Translations under genes and position numbers: made by a program
Shown: piece by piece, positions 16,480 to 26,875 of the stretch
Layout: every line of letters starts with the position of its first letter
Numbering within the stretch: the stretch's first letter is position 1
From: an uncultured bacterium
GTDB lineage: Bacteria; Muiribacteriota; Ozemobacteria; Ozemobacterales; Ozemobacteraceae
DNA: 64,000 nucleotides
Direction: 5' to 3'
Assembly (NCBI GenBank): GCA_964474705.1
Contig: CAYYUI010000007.1
Span: 15,061-79,060 of the forward strand
Notes under the pieces: model-generated
Told to the model about the DNA's origin: nothing
The model's database searches: none
What the model saw: only the letters and a program-made list of their open reading frames with translations

Positions 16480-18495
16480 ATGAAAAAAATTAGATTTATC
16501 GCTACAATATTGTTAATTTTCACTCTGACCTTTCATGCCGGCTGCATGGATTCTGAAAAACCATCTCCCGGCGGCCTGAGTGGTTCTGTCACTGATTCGG
16601 CAGGTAAACCGCTCAGTGCTGTGAGGGTGGCAACGGCTGACGCCAGCACCTTCTCCGATATATATGGAAAATGGTCGCTTGAATCGCTGGTGCCGCAAGT
16701 TACCCAGGTTACCGCTTCACGTGATAATTATCAGACCCAGGCGCTCAATATCGAAGTTATCAGCGGCGAAACGACGACAGGTGTAAATTTTTCTCTGCCG
16801 GCTGACACTGAAATTTACAATATCCAGGTGAGCGGCATCACCTCGGGTCGTGCTCAAATCAACTTCTACACGAAGTTTCAGGCCCGTGCCCACGTCAGTT
16901 ATGGTGCCAATGCTCTTATGGATAAAACTTCCGTAACCGATTCAGAACTGATCTTTGCGCACCAGTACAGCCTCGAAGGGTTGTCCGCCGCTACTACATA
17001 TCGTTTTAAGTGTGTTGCCATCGATAAAGCCGGTCGAACGATCGAATCAGATATTCAGACTTTCAATACCCCGGTGACCGTGCGCGGTGAAGCGCCCACC
17101 GGGTTGAAGCTTGCTAAAACAGCAAACAGCAATGCAATCGAACTGTCATGGAACTCCGATGCCGGAAGTGATTTTGCCGGTTTCCTCGTTTACCGGGCAA
17201 CTTCGGCGCAGGGCCCGTTCACAAAACTTGGCAGCGGCGTGGTTAATCAGAACGCCTGGACAGATATCGATGTTAAATCCGGGGTAAAATATTACTACCG
17301 CGTTACCAGAACTTCAGGCTCGGGAGATGAATCATCTCCTTCAAACGTCGTCTCGTTTCTGATGCCCGGAATGATAAGCGAAAACGTTGTCTGGACGCTC
17401 CAGGAATCCCCATATCAGCTGACCGGGGATCTTACGATTGCTGCCAACGCCAGTCTGATTATCAACAAGGGTGTCAGCGTTGCAGTTTCACGTGGTGACC
17501 AGTGGGATGCCGATTCGGCTGCGGATCTGATCGATCTGGTGGTCCAGGGCACCCTGATGATTCAGGGAACCTCAGCATCACCGGTGACGATGACCTCGGC
17601 CGCCGCTTCGCCTCAGCCCGGCGACTGGAACGGCATTACTTTCGAGAACTCCTCTGACCTCGGTGCCAGCTACATCAAGGGTTTGCAGCTGGCGTTCGCA
17701 GAAAACGGCCTGATTGGAGTTGCCGGTCTGCCGGAAACTCGCGACTCGAAATTTTCCAGCTGCCGCCAGGCGGCAATTAAAGCGACCGCAGCCCGTCGCG
17801 ATCAACTTTTCAGCACTCTGACCATCGAGACCTGTGCAACCGGGTTCGACATGCAGAAGAACCTGGTGACGGTTCAGATTCTGGATAGCTCGATTAGACG
17901 CTGCATTACCGGAGTGGTGTGCCGCGACAATACTCTGGTCGAGGTAGAGCGCAACCACATCAGTCTCGCCGGCGCGTGCGGAATAGATCTTGGTAACACT
18001 GCAGTCGCTTCCAGAACGAGATTTAATATCGTTGGTTTCGGCAGTAACGGCACCGGCATTATCTGCCGCGGTAACGACGAAGTGCGCCGCAATACAGTGC
18101 AGGCTGGAATTGGTATCGAGATTAAAGAGACAGCCAGAGCAGTGATAAGAAGCAATCTGGTTCTGGCCGATGCTGCCAGAAATGGCATCGGCATTCTCTA
18201 TACGGGAACCGTTGCCTATAACCCCTCGACGGCGACTAATACACAATTCATTCAGAATAACGGCATCTGGAACGTTGCTGCCGGTCGCAAATACCTGAAC
18301 TCCAATGGAACGGCTCTGACTGGATATGCTTCAGACCTGAGCTTCACCGATCTGGCCGGGCCGGGCCTGCAGGGTGGCGATCCATTTGCATCGACTCTGA
18401 ATGAAAATTTTAATTATGTTCCTTCTTCGGGAAGCCCGCTGAAAGGCGCAGGATATGACTACGAAACGGTAGGAGCCGAAGATGTTCCTGACTGA
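16480..18495 (+). CDS. Lipoprotein paralog 1 of 3: CarboxypepD_reg-like domain + two FN3-like domains + right-handed parallel beta-helix (PbH1/NosD/pectate-lyase-like).
   Basis: Lipobox LTFHAGC. Regulatory-like region GSVTDSAGKPLSAVRVA...YGKWSLESL, an FN3-like module (LSWNSDAGSDFAGFLVYR), and repeated beta-helix rungs (DWNGITFEN...). Confidence 0.8.
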   Translation: MKKIRFIATILLIFTLTFHAGCMDSEKPSPGGLSGSVTDSAGKPLSAVRVATADASTFSDIYGKWSLESLVPQVTQVTASRDNYQTQALNIEVISGETTTGVNFSLPADTEIYNIQVSGITSGRAQINFYTKFQARAHVSYGANALMDKTSVTDSELIFAHQYSLEGLSAATTYRFKCVAIDKAGRTIESDIQTFNTPVTVRGEAPTGLKLAKTANSNAIELSWNSDAGSDFAGFLVYRATSAQGPFTKLGSGVVNQNAWTDIDVKSGVKYYYRVTRTSGSGDESSPSNVVSFLMPGMISENVVWTLQESPYQLTGDLTIAANASLIINKGVSVAVSRGDQWDADSAADLIDLVVQGTLMIQGTSASPVTMTSAAASPQPGDWNGITFENSSDLGASYIKGLQLAFAENGLIGVAGLPETRDSKFSSCRQAAIKATAARRDQLFSTLTIETCATGFDMQKNLVTVQILDSSIRRCITGVVCRDNTLVEVERNHISLAGACGIDLGNTAVASRTRFNIVGFGSNGTGIICRGNDEVRRNTVQAGIGIEIKETARAVIRSNLVLADAARNGIGILYTGTVAYNPSTATNTQFIQNNGIWNVAAGRKYLNSNGTALTGYASDLSFTDLAGPGLQGGDPFASTLNENFNYVPSSGSPLKGAGYDYETVGAEDVPD

Positions 18496-20452
18496 TCGAA
18501 GATTCTTACTGCCGACTTTACTTGTATCGCTCATCTTTATGGCTCTGATGACCGGATGCGGATTACGCCAGTCGCAAACCGGCAGCCTTAGCGGTCGGGT
18601 AGTCGATGCCGATGGTAATGCCGTGGTCAACGCCCAGATATATTCTCTTTTCGCCGAAAAGGAAAAAGTAATGAGCGGCCTCGATGGCGGCTTCTATCTT
18701 TCTGAGCTTCCTGCAGGGCTTAATAACATCGTTATTCTTCATGACGATTTTCAGACCGAAACACATCAGATTGAAATCAAATCCGATGATACGACGGTTG
18801 TCGATTTGATCAAACTGGATCAGGCCGGCAAGACCAGCCGCATCAGCAATGTCAGAGTTGTCGGCGTTGCATCGACGAGTGCGGTTGTTGCATGGCAGAC
18901 TCTCCGCAGTGTTGCCTGCAACGTTGATTATGGCACCAGCGTTTATTATGGATCTCTGTTGCGCGAACAGAGGCCGGCTACCGAGCATACCGCTGTGTTA
19001 AGCGGTCTGCTGCCCGAAACGCTTTATCATTTTCGTGTCCAGTATCTCGATGAAAGTGCCGCAAGCTATTTTTCCTATGATTACTCATTCAGGACTGCCG
19101 ACGCAGATCGGCCACAGAAACCGGCTGCCATCCGTATTCTTCCATTCACATCTGCTTCAATCGTTGAACTTGAATGGGATGCAGCAACTTCAGGTCTTCC
19201 TGCCAGCGGCTTCATTATTTATCGTCAACTCAAGAACGGTGTCTGGACAAGGTTGAATGAAACGCCTGTCGATGCAGCCGCACGTGCGTATGCCGATCAG
19301 GCCGCTGTAAGCGGTGGATTCTGCCGCTATGCTGTCGCGGCGGTTAACAGTCTCGGCGCCGAGTCAGAATTGACAGTTTCTGAAATGGTGCTTGTTCCCG
19401 GTGTCATTGCCAGTCATATGGTGATCGAAACAACCGATTCCCCTGTCAGATTGAACTCTGATCTAATAGTTGCCGCCGGAACCAGTTTGACGATTCAGTC
19501 TGGAACTGAAATACAGATTGGCGACAGCGACAGTCTGCAAACCGGTTCGGATGAAGAAAAGATAGAAATCATCGTCCAGGGTCGGCTCGAAGTTCAAGGA
19601 ACTGCAGAAGCTCCGGTTGTGTTTTCGCCCATGAACGGTTCAGGTAAACGTGACCACTGGGCCGGAATCCGCATTCTCTCTTCTCTTGGTGGCGTGTCTG
19701 ACCTGAATCATGTCAAATTGTTCGGCTGTAAAGGTTACGCGCTGGAAGTCAATGCCGAAAGTGTCAGAATCAGCAATATTTCGGTAGCCTATTCCAATTT
19801 TGGTCTGCTCCTCGATGGAGTTCGCGAAGTAATGAGTCTTGACAACTGCAGTTTTTCTGAAATCGCCTCGGTAGCACTCGATATTCGCAACTGTCGTCGC
19901 ATGATCGTCGACAACAGCCTCTTTTCAACTGTTCATACCGGAATTTCCGTAAAGACTCTCAAAACCGATGACCAGACAATAATCCGCAACACCGACATTT
20001 ATGCCTCCAATACTGGCATCAAAGGCCTGTTCGGTCGCAGCCGTATTCTCAATACGCTGGTCGTGTGCCCTGAAGGTGCCGGGATCGTTTGCGAAAACAC
20101 CTTGAGTACTTTCGACAATTATATCGATCATGTAACAGTCGACGCTTTGAATGGTATTGCCATCTACAATGGCGTTTTCAATATTCAGAACAGCATTGTT
20201 GCCAACCACAACCAGAAAGGGCTTGTTGGCATCAGTTGCGGCACAGGACTTATCCCTGAATACACCTATAACGATGTTTTCGGCTTTTCGACAGCCTATC
20301 AGGGTTGCAGCGGTGGGACCGGATCGATTGCAATCGATCCAAAGTTTGCCGCCGGTAATCCTTATGATTACAGTCTTATGGCCGATTCTACTCTGAAACT
20401 TCAGGATAGTTATGGTTCAGAGATAGGTAGATACGGAGTTTCAAGACTATGA
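18482..20452 (+). CDS. Lipoprotein paralog 2 of 3 (same architecture). Start overlaps the stop of paralog 1.
   Basis: Lipobox LMTGC. Regulatory-like region GRVVDADGNAVVNAQIYS...GGFYLSELPAG, FN3 modules and beta-helix repeats (HWAGIRI...). Confidence 0.8.
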   Translation: MFLTDRRFLLPTLLVSLIFMALMTGCGLRQSQTGSLSGRVVDADGNAVVNAQIYSLFAEKEKVMSGLDGGFYLSELPAGLNNIVILHDDFQTETHQIEIKSDDTTVVDLIKLDQAGKTSRISNVRVVGVASTSAVVAWQTLRSVACNVDYGTSVYYGSLLREQRPATEHTAVLSGLLPETLYHFRVQYLDESAASYFSYDYSFRTADADRPQKPAAIRILPFTSASIVELEWDAATSGLPASGFIIYRQLKNGVWTRLNETPVDAAARAYADQAAVSGGFCRYAVAAVNSLGAESELTVSEMVLVPGVIASHMVIETTDSPVRLNSDLIVAAGTSLTIQSGTEIQIGDSDSLQTGSDEEKIEIIVQGRLEVQGTAEAPVVFSPMNGSGKRDHWAGIRILSSLGGVSDLNHVKLFGCKGYALEVNAESVRISNISVAYSNFGLLLDGVREVMSLDNCSFSEIASVALDIRNCRRMIVDNSLFSTVHTGISVKTLKTDDQTIIRNTDIYASNTGIKGLFGRSRILNTLVVCPEGAGIVCENTLSTFDNYIDHVTVDALNGIAIYNGVFNIQNSIVANHNQKGLVGISCGTGLIPEYTYNDVFGFSTAYQGCSGGTGSIAIDPKFAAGNPYDYSLMADSTLKLQDSYGSEIGRYGVSRL

Positions 20453-22419
20453 AGCAGACATTTTTGCTTCGAGCAACCAGAATGCGTTTGCTGGCTGTAT
20501 TGGCCTTGTTTGTCGTCATGCTGCTCGCCCAGGGCTGCGAAAATCAGGTGCAGACAAAACGCGGTTCTGTTAACGGCAGCGTTCGCGACACTCTCAACAA
20601 TGCAATCGCAGGGGCGACCTTAACTTCACATCGTTCGTTGTTCAAGGCTGAAACTGACGAAAACGGCCGGTTTGAATTCACCTCTCTCGATGTTGGAACA
20701 CACCGGTTATCTGTTGAGCGTAACGGCTACTATCTTGCTTCAAAAACTGTTGAAATAGCTTATGGTGAAGTTCTTGAAGGCATAGAGATCAGAGTTGAAC
20801 CCCTCGATAATATGATCACCCACTCTGTAGCACGTCGAGAAGGCAGTCAGGTGTTGATAGATGTGAACTGCAAAGAGGCAATGTCGGTAGTCATCGGCTG
20901 GAGAGAGGTAACCGGAGCGAGAATTCAGCTGCCGCCAACTGAATGCAGAAAGAGCCACCAGCTGCTGTTGACAAATCTTTTCCAGGGTTCTCAATACATC
21001 TATGACCTGACCGGAACAACAGCGGATGGCCGCCGTTATGTGGCTGAAACCGGTTCATTCAAGGCTGTTCCTTATGGTGACCTTGCCGGATCACCAGATA
21101 CTGTTGCCAGTTTTAAGGTTGACCAGGGAACAGAAGGCCCGGTTTTGAGCTGGAACTATGAAGGTGCTGATCCTCTGCAGGGCTTCAGAATTCATCGCGG
21201 TGAAAACGACGGTGCTCTTGTCCTGATTCAAAATGAAAACAATGTTTTTGCCGTTCAGACGACCGTAGTCGATGATACGGCGATTCCCGGCAGAATCTAT
21301 CGCTATGGTATGCAGAGTGTAGATCTTGACGGGAATGTATCATCGATGAGTGCGCTTGTAAGCATAATGCCCGGAGGCAGTATCAGCGAAAACCTCGTCT
21401 GGAAAAAAGCATGGAGTCCAATTGATGTCAATGGTGACCTGATAATACCGGCTGGTAGAACTTTAACGATCGAAGCCGGCTGTGTTGTCAGATTTGCAGC
21501 TGCCGATAATGGAAAATCTGGATTCAGGCCCGCTGTCTGCGAAATGATAGTTGACGGAACCCTTCTTGCCGAGGGGACCTCGATCAATCCGGTCCGGCTG
21601 ATATCGGCTTCTGCAGTTCCAACGCGCAGTGGCTGGGATGGCATTCGATTGACTGCTGCCGCTAACCAGGAAGAAAGCGTCTTGAAGAATATCGAGATTT
21701 CCGGAGCGGAACGCGGTCTGAGTCTTTATAGCTCTAATGCTGTTATCAGCAGTTTCACAGCCAGATATTGTCAGACTGGATTCTCGCTTCAGGGGGCCAG
21801 CGGCACGATTCTGACCGGTTTTTTGTTTGAAGACTGCGAAACTGCATTTATTTCTGAGAATTCATGGAACTGCAGCGTCGACGATCTGAAAATCCGAAAC
21901 AGCAGTGTTGGCGTCAGACTGGCCGGAAACGGAAACTTTTCCATGCGTCATTTTGATCTGCGGGGTATAAGGGAAACAGCTCTGGTCGCGGCTGATAAAG
22001 ACAGGACGATTCTTCGCAACGGCCTGATAAAATCTTTGCGAACTGGTATAGCCGTTGGCGCTGCCGGGGGAGATTTTCAATATCTGACCATCGATGCGGG
22101 TAACGGTGTTATTGTCGAAGGGGTATCTCTGCCGATTATCAGGAACTGCATCATGGTAAATCTCGGTACCTCTGGAACTGGCTATGGAATTGAGGACAGA
22201 AATCCCGGGAGCGCGCGCTCATACCCTTATAACAACATTTTTGGCTTCAAACAGGCTACTGTGGGCTGTGACCAGCTTGGAGCTCCGGTTATCAACCTCG
22301 ACCCCATTTTTGTCGGCGGTAGGGCAGATGAGTATGATTATCGTCTGCGTGCCTCATCACCAATAATAACAGCTTCAGACAAAAATGCCGAGCCCGGTGC
22401 TTACGGCAGCAGCTATTGA
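20449..22419 (+). CDS. Lipoprotein paralog 3 of 3 (same architecture). Start overlaps the stop of paralog 2.
   Basis: Lipobox LLAQGC. Regulatory-like region GSVRDTLNNAIAGATLTS...ENGRFEFTSLDVGTHRL, an FN3 module and beta-helix repeats (GWDGIRL...). Confidence 0.8.
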   Translation: MKQTFLLRATRMRLLAVLALFVVMLLAQGCENQVQTKRGSVNGSVRDTLNNAIAGATLTSHRSLFKAETDENGRFEFTSLDVGTHRLSVERNGYYLASKTVEIAYGEVLEGIEIRVEPLDNMITHSVARREGSQVLIDVNCKEAMSVVIGWREVTGARIQLPPTECRKSHQLLLTNLFQGSQYIYDLTGTTADGRRYVAETGSFKAVPYGDLAGSPDTVASFKVDQGTEGPVLSWNYEGADPLQGFRIHRGENDGALVLIQNENNVFAVQTTVVDDTAIPGRIYRYGMQSVDLDGNVSSMSALVSIMPGGSISENLVWKKAWSPIDVNGDLIIPAGRTLTIEAGCVVRFAAADNGKSGFRPAVCEMIVDGTLLAEGTSINPVRLISASAVPTRSGWDGIRLTAAANQEESVLKNIEISGAERGLSLYSSNAVISSFTARYCQTGFSLQGASGTILTGFLFEDCETAFISENSWNCSVDDLKIRNSSVGVRLAGNGNFSMRHFDLRGIRETALVAADKDRTILRNGLIKSLRTGIAVGAAGGDFQYLTIDAGNGVIVEGVSLPIIRNCIMVNLGTSGTGYGIEDRNPGSARSYPYNNIFGFKQATVGCDQLGAPVINLDPIFVGGRADEYDYRLRASSPIITASDKNAEPGAYGSSY

Positions 22420-22488
22420 AAGTACTCAGATTCCGTGCGTGAACTGTCGATAACCTAATCAGAAAAACAGCTTTTCTGGAGGTTTGCA

Positions 22489-23067
22489 ATGCGAAGGTTC
22501 GTTGGCGGAATACTGGCGGCAGGAGTATTCTTCTTTTGCGGTTCATCACAGGTAATGGCACAGCGGGTGCCTGCGGGCAAGGAGCTGAATCAGAGAATTC
22601 AGGCTCTGCGAGAACGACTTCAGAATTATCAGAACCAGCGTAATCCCTTGAAACAGCAGAATCAGGTGAATCCTGGCGAAAGTCTGATTATCGAGCCTGA
22701 TGAGACGAAAGGTGAAGTCATTGTTGAAGAGCTTGAGAACCGCAAGGATGTTGCGGTAACGGTTCTTTTCCATGATTCCGGAAATTCAACTGCCGACCTG
22801 GATTTTGAAAATGCTCAGGCGCTGGATGCCGACCAGAACGAAACTGACTCCGGAAAAGATGCTTCGATGAAAATCGTTTCGGTTAAAGCTGCAAAAAATG
22901 ACCCTGGCAGCGAAATGCGTGCGTCTGTAAAAAAATCAGATGACAAACCGACGAAAGATTCCCGGCTTGCGCGATATGAAGAGCTGCGACAAAGGGTTTA
23001 TCTCGCAACAAGAAGTGCCAGAGCTCAGGCAGTTGATATTAACCGTCAGATTGCCAGAATCAACTGA
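22489..23067 (+). CDS. Hypothetical secreted low-complexity protein (signal peptide; Q/N/D/E-rich).
   Basis: N-terminal MRRFVGGILAAGVFFFCGSSQVMAQ is a signal peptide. No recognisable domain. Confidence 0.55.
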   Translation: MRRFVGGILAAGVFFFCGSSQVMAQRVPAGKELNQRIQALRERLQNYQNQRNPLKQQNQVNPGESLIIEPDETKGEVIVEELENRKDVAVTVLFHDSGNSTADLDFENAQALDADQNETDSGKDASMKIVSVKAAKNDPGSEMRASVKKSDDKPTKDSRLARYEELRQRVYLATRSARAQAVDINRQIARIN

Positions 23068-23095
23068 AAAAAAATGAGCTGTTTTTCAACAGCTC
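23066..23095. terminator. Hairpin terminator in the convergent intergenic region, stronger in the minus orientation.
   Basis: gagctgtt-tttc-aacagctc at 23076-23095, with A8 on the plus strand upstream (a T-run on the minus strand). Confidence 0.5.
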
Positions 23096-23284
23096 TAAAA
23101 GGGATATTGTTGGGTTATAAGACCTTTTACAAGGTCGAACTGAAAAGTTGCTTTTCAGTAAGGGCCTGAATTGATGATTTTAAGTGACTCCCCGAATTTA
23201 TTAAGTGTCGAATGACCAGCTTTGCACGTTCAATCAAAAGAAAACTTCTTATCTATGTTTCTATTATAACAGATAAAAATCAAT

Positions 23285-25333
23285 TCACAAGAGATTTGCC
23301 GGAATATTTTTATTGAGCTCCTGAAGCCAGATTTCGGCTGACGCGTCACTCGGAGCCCGCCAGTCGCCTCTTGGAGAAAGAGAACCGCCAGAACCTATCT
23401 TCGGAGAGTCTGGAACACAGCTTCTTTTGAACTGTGATGAGCCGAAAAATCTCCTGATGAAAACTTCCAGCCATTTTTTGATGTCAATGAACCGGTATTT
23501 ACCGGTGCTTTGCCAGGCCATGAAGGCCAGATATGCGATTTTTGACGGTTTAAAACCATAGCGGCTCAGATAGTAAAGGTTGAAATCCTGAAGTTCATAC
23601 GGACCAACGGTCGCTTCTGTCTGTTGCGGCTCTCTGTCAGCGCTGGGAATAAGTTCTGGCGATATGGTCGTGTCGAGAACATCTTTTAGTGTTTCTGCAA
23701 TCGCTTTGTCGGTTTGCTGAGCAGCTGCGTGGCCGATCAGAAAACGCACCAGAGTTTTCGGGACCGACGCATTGACATTGTAATGCGACATATGGTCGCC
23801 GACACCGTATGTGCACCACCCCAGAGCAAGTTCGCTGAGGTCGCCGGTGCCAACTACCAGAGCTCCTGACTGATTTGCAAGCCTGAACAGATGCGAAGTC
23901 CGTTCCCCGGCCTGAACATTCTCGAATGTTATATCGTACAGCTTCTGACCGTCGGCGTATGGGTGTTTCAGGTCTCGTAGCATCTGCAGGCATGATGGTC
24001 GGATATCGATTTCGCGGGCGGTAACGCCGGCTGCCTTCATCAGGGCCAATGCACTGGTGAGCGTTTTTTCTGAGGTGGCGAAGCCTGGCATGGTGACGGC
24101 GATTATGTTCTCGCGGCTGTAATTCAGTTTGTCAAATGCTCTGCATGCAACAAGCAATGCCAGAGTCGAATCGAGCCCGCCGGAGATCCCGATCACTAAC
24201 TTTTTGATGCCGGTAGATTGCAATCTGGTGCACAGAGCCTGGGTCTGAATGTTGAAAACTTCCTCGCAGCGCTCGTTAAGTTCGCTGTTGTTTTCCGGGA
24301 CGTAGGGAAAACGTGAAATATTGCGGATGATCGGCAGATCAGCAGTACATATTTCCGGCAGTTCGAAAACAATGTTTCTGAATGCGGTAACCCTGGTGGC
24401 GAAGTTGCTGGAACAGTCTCTGAATGAATTGTTACGGATTCTTTCGAGCTGCATTCGTTCAAGGTCAAGATCACAGATGCATGATGAGCCTTCCTGAGAA
24501 AACCTTGTTGATTCAGTAATAACTGAGCCGTTTTCCGCGATTATCAGGTGGCCGTCCCAGGCCAGGTCGGTGGTCGATTCGCCATGCCCTGCTGAACTGT
24601 AGATGTAGCCGCAGATATTGCGGCCCGATGATGCCTTGACGAGCAGGCGCCGGTAATCAGCTTTTCCGATAACGATATTGCTCGCTGAAAGATTGCAGAT
24701 CAGGGTAGCACCGGCCATGGCAGCCCATGTTGATGGCTGAACCGGAGCCCAGAGGTCTTCACATATTTCGACCCCGACAGTGACATGCGGGAGCTGTTTG
24801 CAGCTGAAGATCAGGTCGGTTCCGATCGGTACAGCCCTGTTGTCGATGAATATTTCTTTACAATCAAGTTCTGAACTGCTGCAAAATTGCCGTTTTTCGT
24901 AGAATTCACGGTGGTCGGGCAGCCAGGTTTTGGGCACGATACCAAGAAGTCTGCCCCTCTGAATGACTGCAGCACAGTTGAACAGCCTGCTGCCGATCAT
25001 CAGGGGCAAGCCGGTTATTATAAGCGGGTCGAGTTGTTTGCTCGCTTCAATCAGCTCGATCAATGCGTCGATGCAGGCATCTAAAATGGTGTGCTGCTGA
25101 AAAAGGTCACCCATGGTGTAGCCGCAAAGACTGAGTTCAGGAAACACAACGACGCCGGCCTTGCGGGCTTGGAAGTCACGAGTCATTTCTATCTGGCGTT
25201 TGACATTGATATCAGGTCTTGATAACGCAATGACCGGGCTGGCAGCCGCGCAGCGGAAAAAACCTTGCGAATACGGATTATTATATGCTCTGGTCATCAA
25301 AGATATATTAATCGCATCATCAATTGCAGGCAA
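23285..25333 (-). CDS. nadE: Glutamine-dependent NAD+ synthetase: an N-terminal carbon-nitrogen hydrolase domain plus a C-terminal NAD synthase domain.
   Basis: CN-hydrolase region VVVFPELSLCGYTMGDLF. PP-loop LVIGISGGLDSTLALLVA. Length 682 aa. Confidence 0.9.
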   Translation of the reverse strand: MPAIDDAINISLMTRAYNNPYSQGFFRCAAASPVIALSRPDINVKRQIEMTRDFQARKAGVVVFPELSLCGYTMGDLFQQHTILDACIDALIELIEASKQLDPLIITGLPLMIGSRLFNCAAVIQRGRLLGIVPKTWLPDHREFYEKRQFCSSSELDCKEIFIDNRAVPIGTDLIFSCKQLPHVTVGVEICEDLWAPVQPSTWAAMAGATLICNLSASNIVIGKADYRRLLVKASSGRNICGYIYSSAGHGESTTDLAWDGHLIIAENGSVITESTRFSQEGSSCICDLDLERMQLERIRNNSFRDCSSNFATRVTAFRNIVFELPEICTADLPIIRNISRFPYVPENNSELNERCEEVFNIQTQALCTRLQSTGIKKLVIGISGGLDSTLALLVACRAFDKLNYSRENIIAVTMPGFATSEKTLTSALALMKAAGVTAREIDIRPSCLQMLRDLKHPYADGQKLYDITFENVQAGERTSHLFRLANQSGALVVGTGDLSELALGWCTYGVGDHMSHYNVNASVPKTLVRFLIGHAAAQQTDKAIAETLKDVLDTTISPELIPSADREPQQTEATVGPYELQDFNLYYLSRYGFKPSKIAYLAFMAWQSTGKYRFIDIKKWLEVFIRRFFGSSQFKRSCVPDSPKIGSGGSLSPRGDWRAPSDASAEIWLQELNKNIPANLL

Positions 25334-25367
25334 GTTTAATCAGCTGAAGACTGCAAAATTATCTGCT

Positions 25368-26285
25368 TCAGCGCAGGTTGGCCTGAGTATCGTCTATCAG
25401 ATTCTGAAGACTGGGCGGAATATAGGTGCGCGATGGACCGGGTGCCGGCAGAGTCGTTGGTATCTGCCCAAGTTTAAGAATTCGTCCGGCCTTTTCCGGG
25501 TCCATGCCTCCAAGAACCTTGGCGGCATGTGAAGGCTGCAGGCCTGCCATGATGTCGTAGATCAGCTGGTCATCAGGAACGTCGTCGAAAACTCTTGCCA
25601 GAGCCTTTGCTTCCATCTGGGCAGCAATACCGCGAACCTGATCGAGGCGGTTTTCCTTTTCCATGAAGCGAATAAGACTTGATTCTATGTTCAGGGTTTC
25701 AGAGGCCAGCCTCTGAGAGAGTTCGTCAATGGCAACTTTGCGATTCTCGAGATCCTGGCGTTCGTCGACAAGTTTCTTCTTTTCAACTTCAATAGCTTCC
25801 CGCTGTTTTCTCAATTCTTCGAGTTCCCGATGAGTCTGCTCTTTTTGCGTGCGAATCAGGGAACGGTATGAGTCTTCGAGCGACTGGGCACGGCGTTCAA
25901 GGTCACGACTGCCTTCGGTGATGATGCGATTGAAGCGTTCCTGTTCCTGAAGCATAAGCTGCTGGTAGCGCTCTTCTTCTGGTAACTGGTGCAGCTGCAC
26001 GAAATTGTAATATGGAGCAAGCGGCCAGTATTTGCGGTATTCTTCCGGTATTCGGTAACGAAATGGGTAAATCTCGAGGAAATCGAGCGTCAATACACTC
26101 AGAAAAATTGCAACACCAAGCGATGCCAGGAGAAAGAGAAATACAATGCGGCTGAGAGCAAGGAAAAATTTCGAGGGTGGTCTGACCTCGGGTTGACCGC
26201 TGTCAGCGGGCGGTTTCGCCGGCTGCGGGGCGGGCTGTGCCTGTTGCTCGTTTTTTGTGGCCTGGTTTTGGGTATTTTCAGGCAT
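25368..26285 (-). CDS. Flagellar operon protein of the FlbB/YlxF type: N-terminal Pro/Gln-rich region, one TM, a coiled coil and a C-terminal MgtE_N-like domain.
   Basis: Position is immediately after fliJ, as for Borrelia flbB and B. subtilis ylxF. The motif VFDDVPDDQLIYDIMAGLQPSHAAKVLGGMDPEKAGRILKLG is MgtE_N/FliG-like. Confidence 0.6.
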   Translation of the reverse strand: MPENTQNQATKNEQQAQPAPQPAKPPADSGQPEVRPPSKFFLALSRIVFLFLLASLGVAIFLSVLTLDFLEIYPFRYRIPEEYRKYWPLAPYYNFVQLHQLPEEERYQQLMLQEQERFNRIITEGSRDLERRAQSLEDSYRSLIRTQKEQTHRELEELRKQREAIEVEKKKLVDERQDLENRKVAIDELSQRLASETLNIESSLIRFMEKENRLDQVRGIAAQMEAKALARVFDDVPDDQLIYDIMAGLQPSHAAKVLGGMDPEKAGRILKLGQIPTTLPAPGPSRTYIPPSLQNLIDDTQANLR

Positions 26286-26302
26286 TCTTGCTTTCCTTTA
26301 GG

Positions 26303-26875
26303 TTATTTTTCGGTCTTGCCCAGCCCTGTGAGAATCTGTCCGACAAAGCTTTGCGTATCTGCGAACGGTGGAACGCCGCCAAACCGCTTGACGGTGGCAT
26401 GGTCGGTATTGTATGCCGCCAGTGCCAGCGGCAGACTGCCGCCGTTACGTTGCAGCATGTTGGAAAGGTGCTGGGTGCCGGCCATGATGTTCTGTTCAGG
26501 GTCGAACGGGTCGTCATATCCCGACTCGCGAAAAACCTGAGGCTGCAGCTGCATCAGGCCAAGATTGCCGTTGGCACCAACTGCCTGAGGATTGTTTTTC
26601 GAGGCGACAATGATCAATTGTCTGACCACATCAGGTTGCAGTCCGTGCTGCATCGAATATTTTTCAATGAGCGAGTTGACGTCGGTTTTAATATTGCCGG
26701 CCAGATCGGCAGCAGGCACACTTGCTGCTCCAACCGACACATCCTGCTTGGTTGCCGCGTTCATGGCGTTGGCAAAAGTCTGTTGCTGTCGGTGCCCTTT
26801 TCTGGGCGCCATGGCGCTGAAGCTTTTGTTGAGACTGTCGATTTTTTCAAGAAGCCGATGCATGTTATCAAGCAT
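26303..26875 (-). CDS. Lytic transglycosylase (SLT/GH23) domain protein embedded in the flagellar operon (SltF/FlgJ-muramidase-like role). Start probably at an internal Met near 26863-26875; the listed ORF start at 26920 overlaps fliJ.
   Basis: Motifs NGNLGLMQLQP and ALAAYNTD are SLT catalytic-region motifs (E...GLMQ...AYN). Confidence 0.7.
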   Translation of the reverse strand: MLDNMHRLLEKIDSLNKSFSAMAPRKGHRQQQTFANAMNAATKQDVSVGAASVPAADLAGNIKTDVNSLIEKYSMQHGLQPDVVRQLIIVASKNNPQAVGANGNLGLMQLQPQVFRESGYDDPFDPEQNIMAGTQHLSNMLQRNGGSLPLALAAYNTDHATVKRFGGVPPFADTQSFVGQILTGLGKTEK

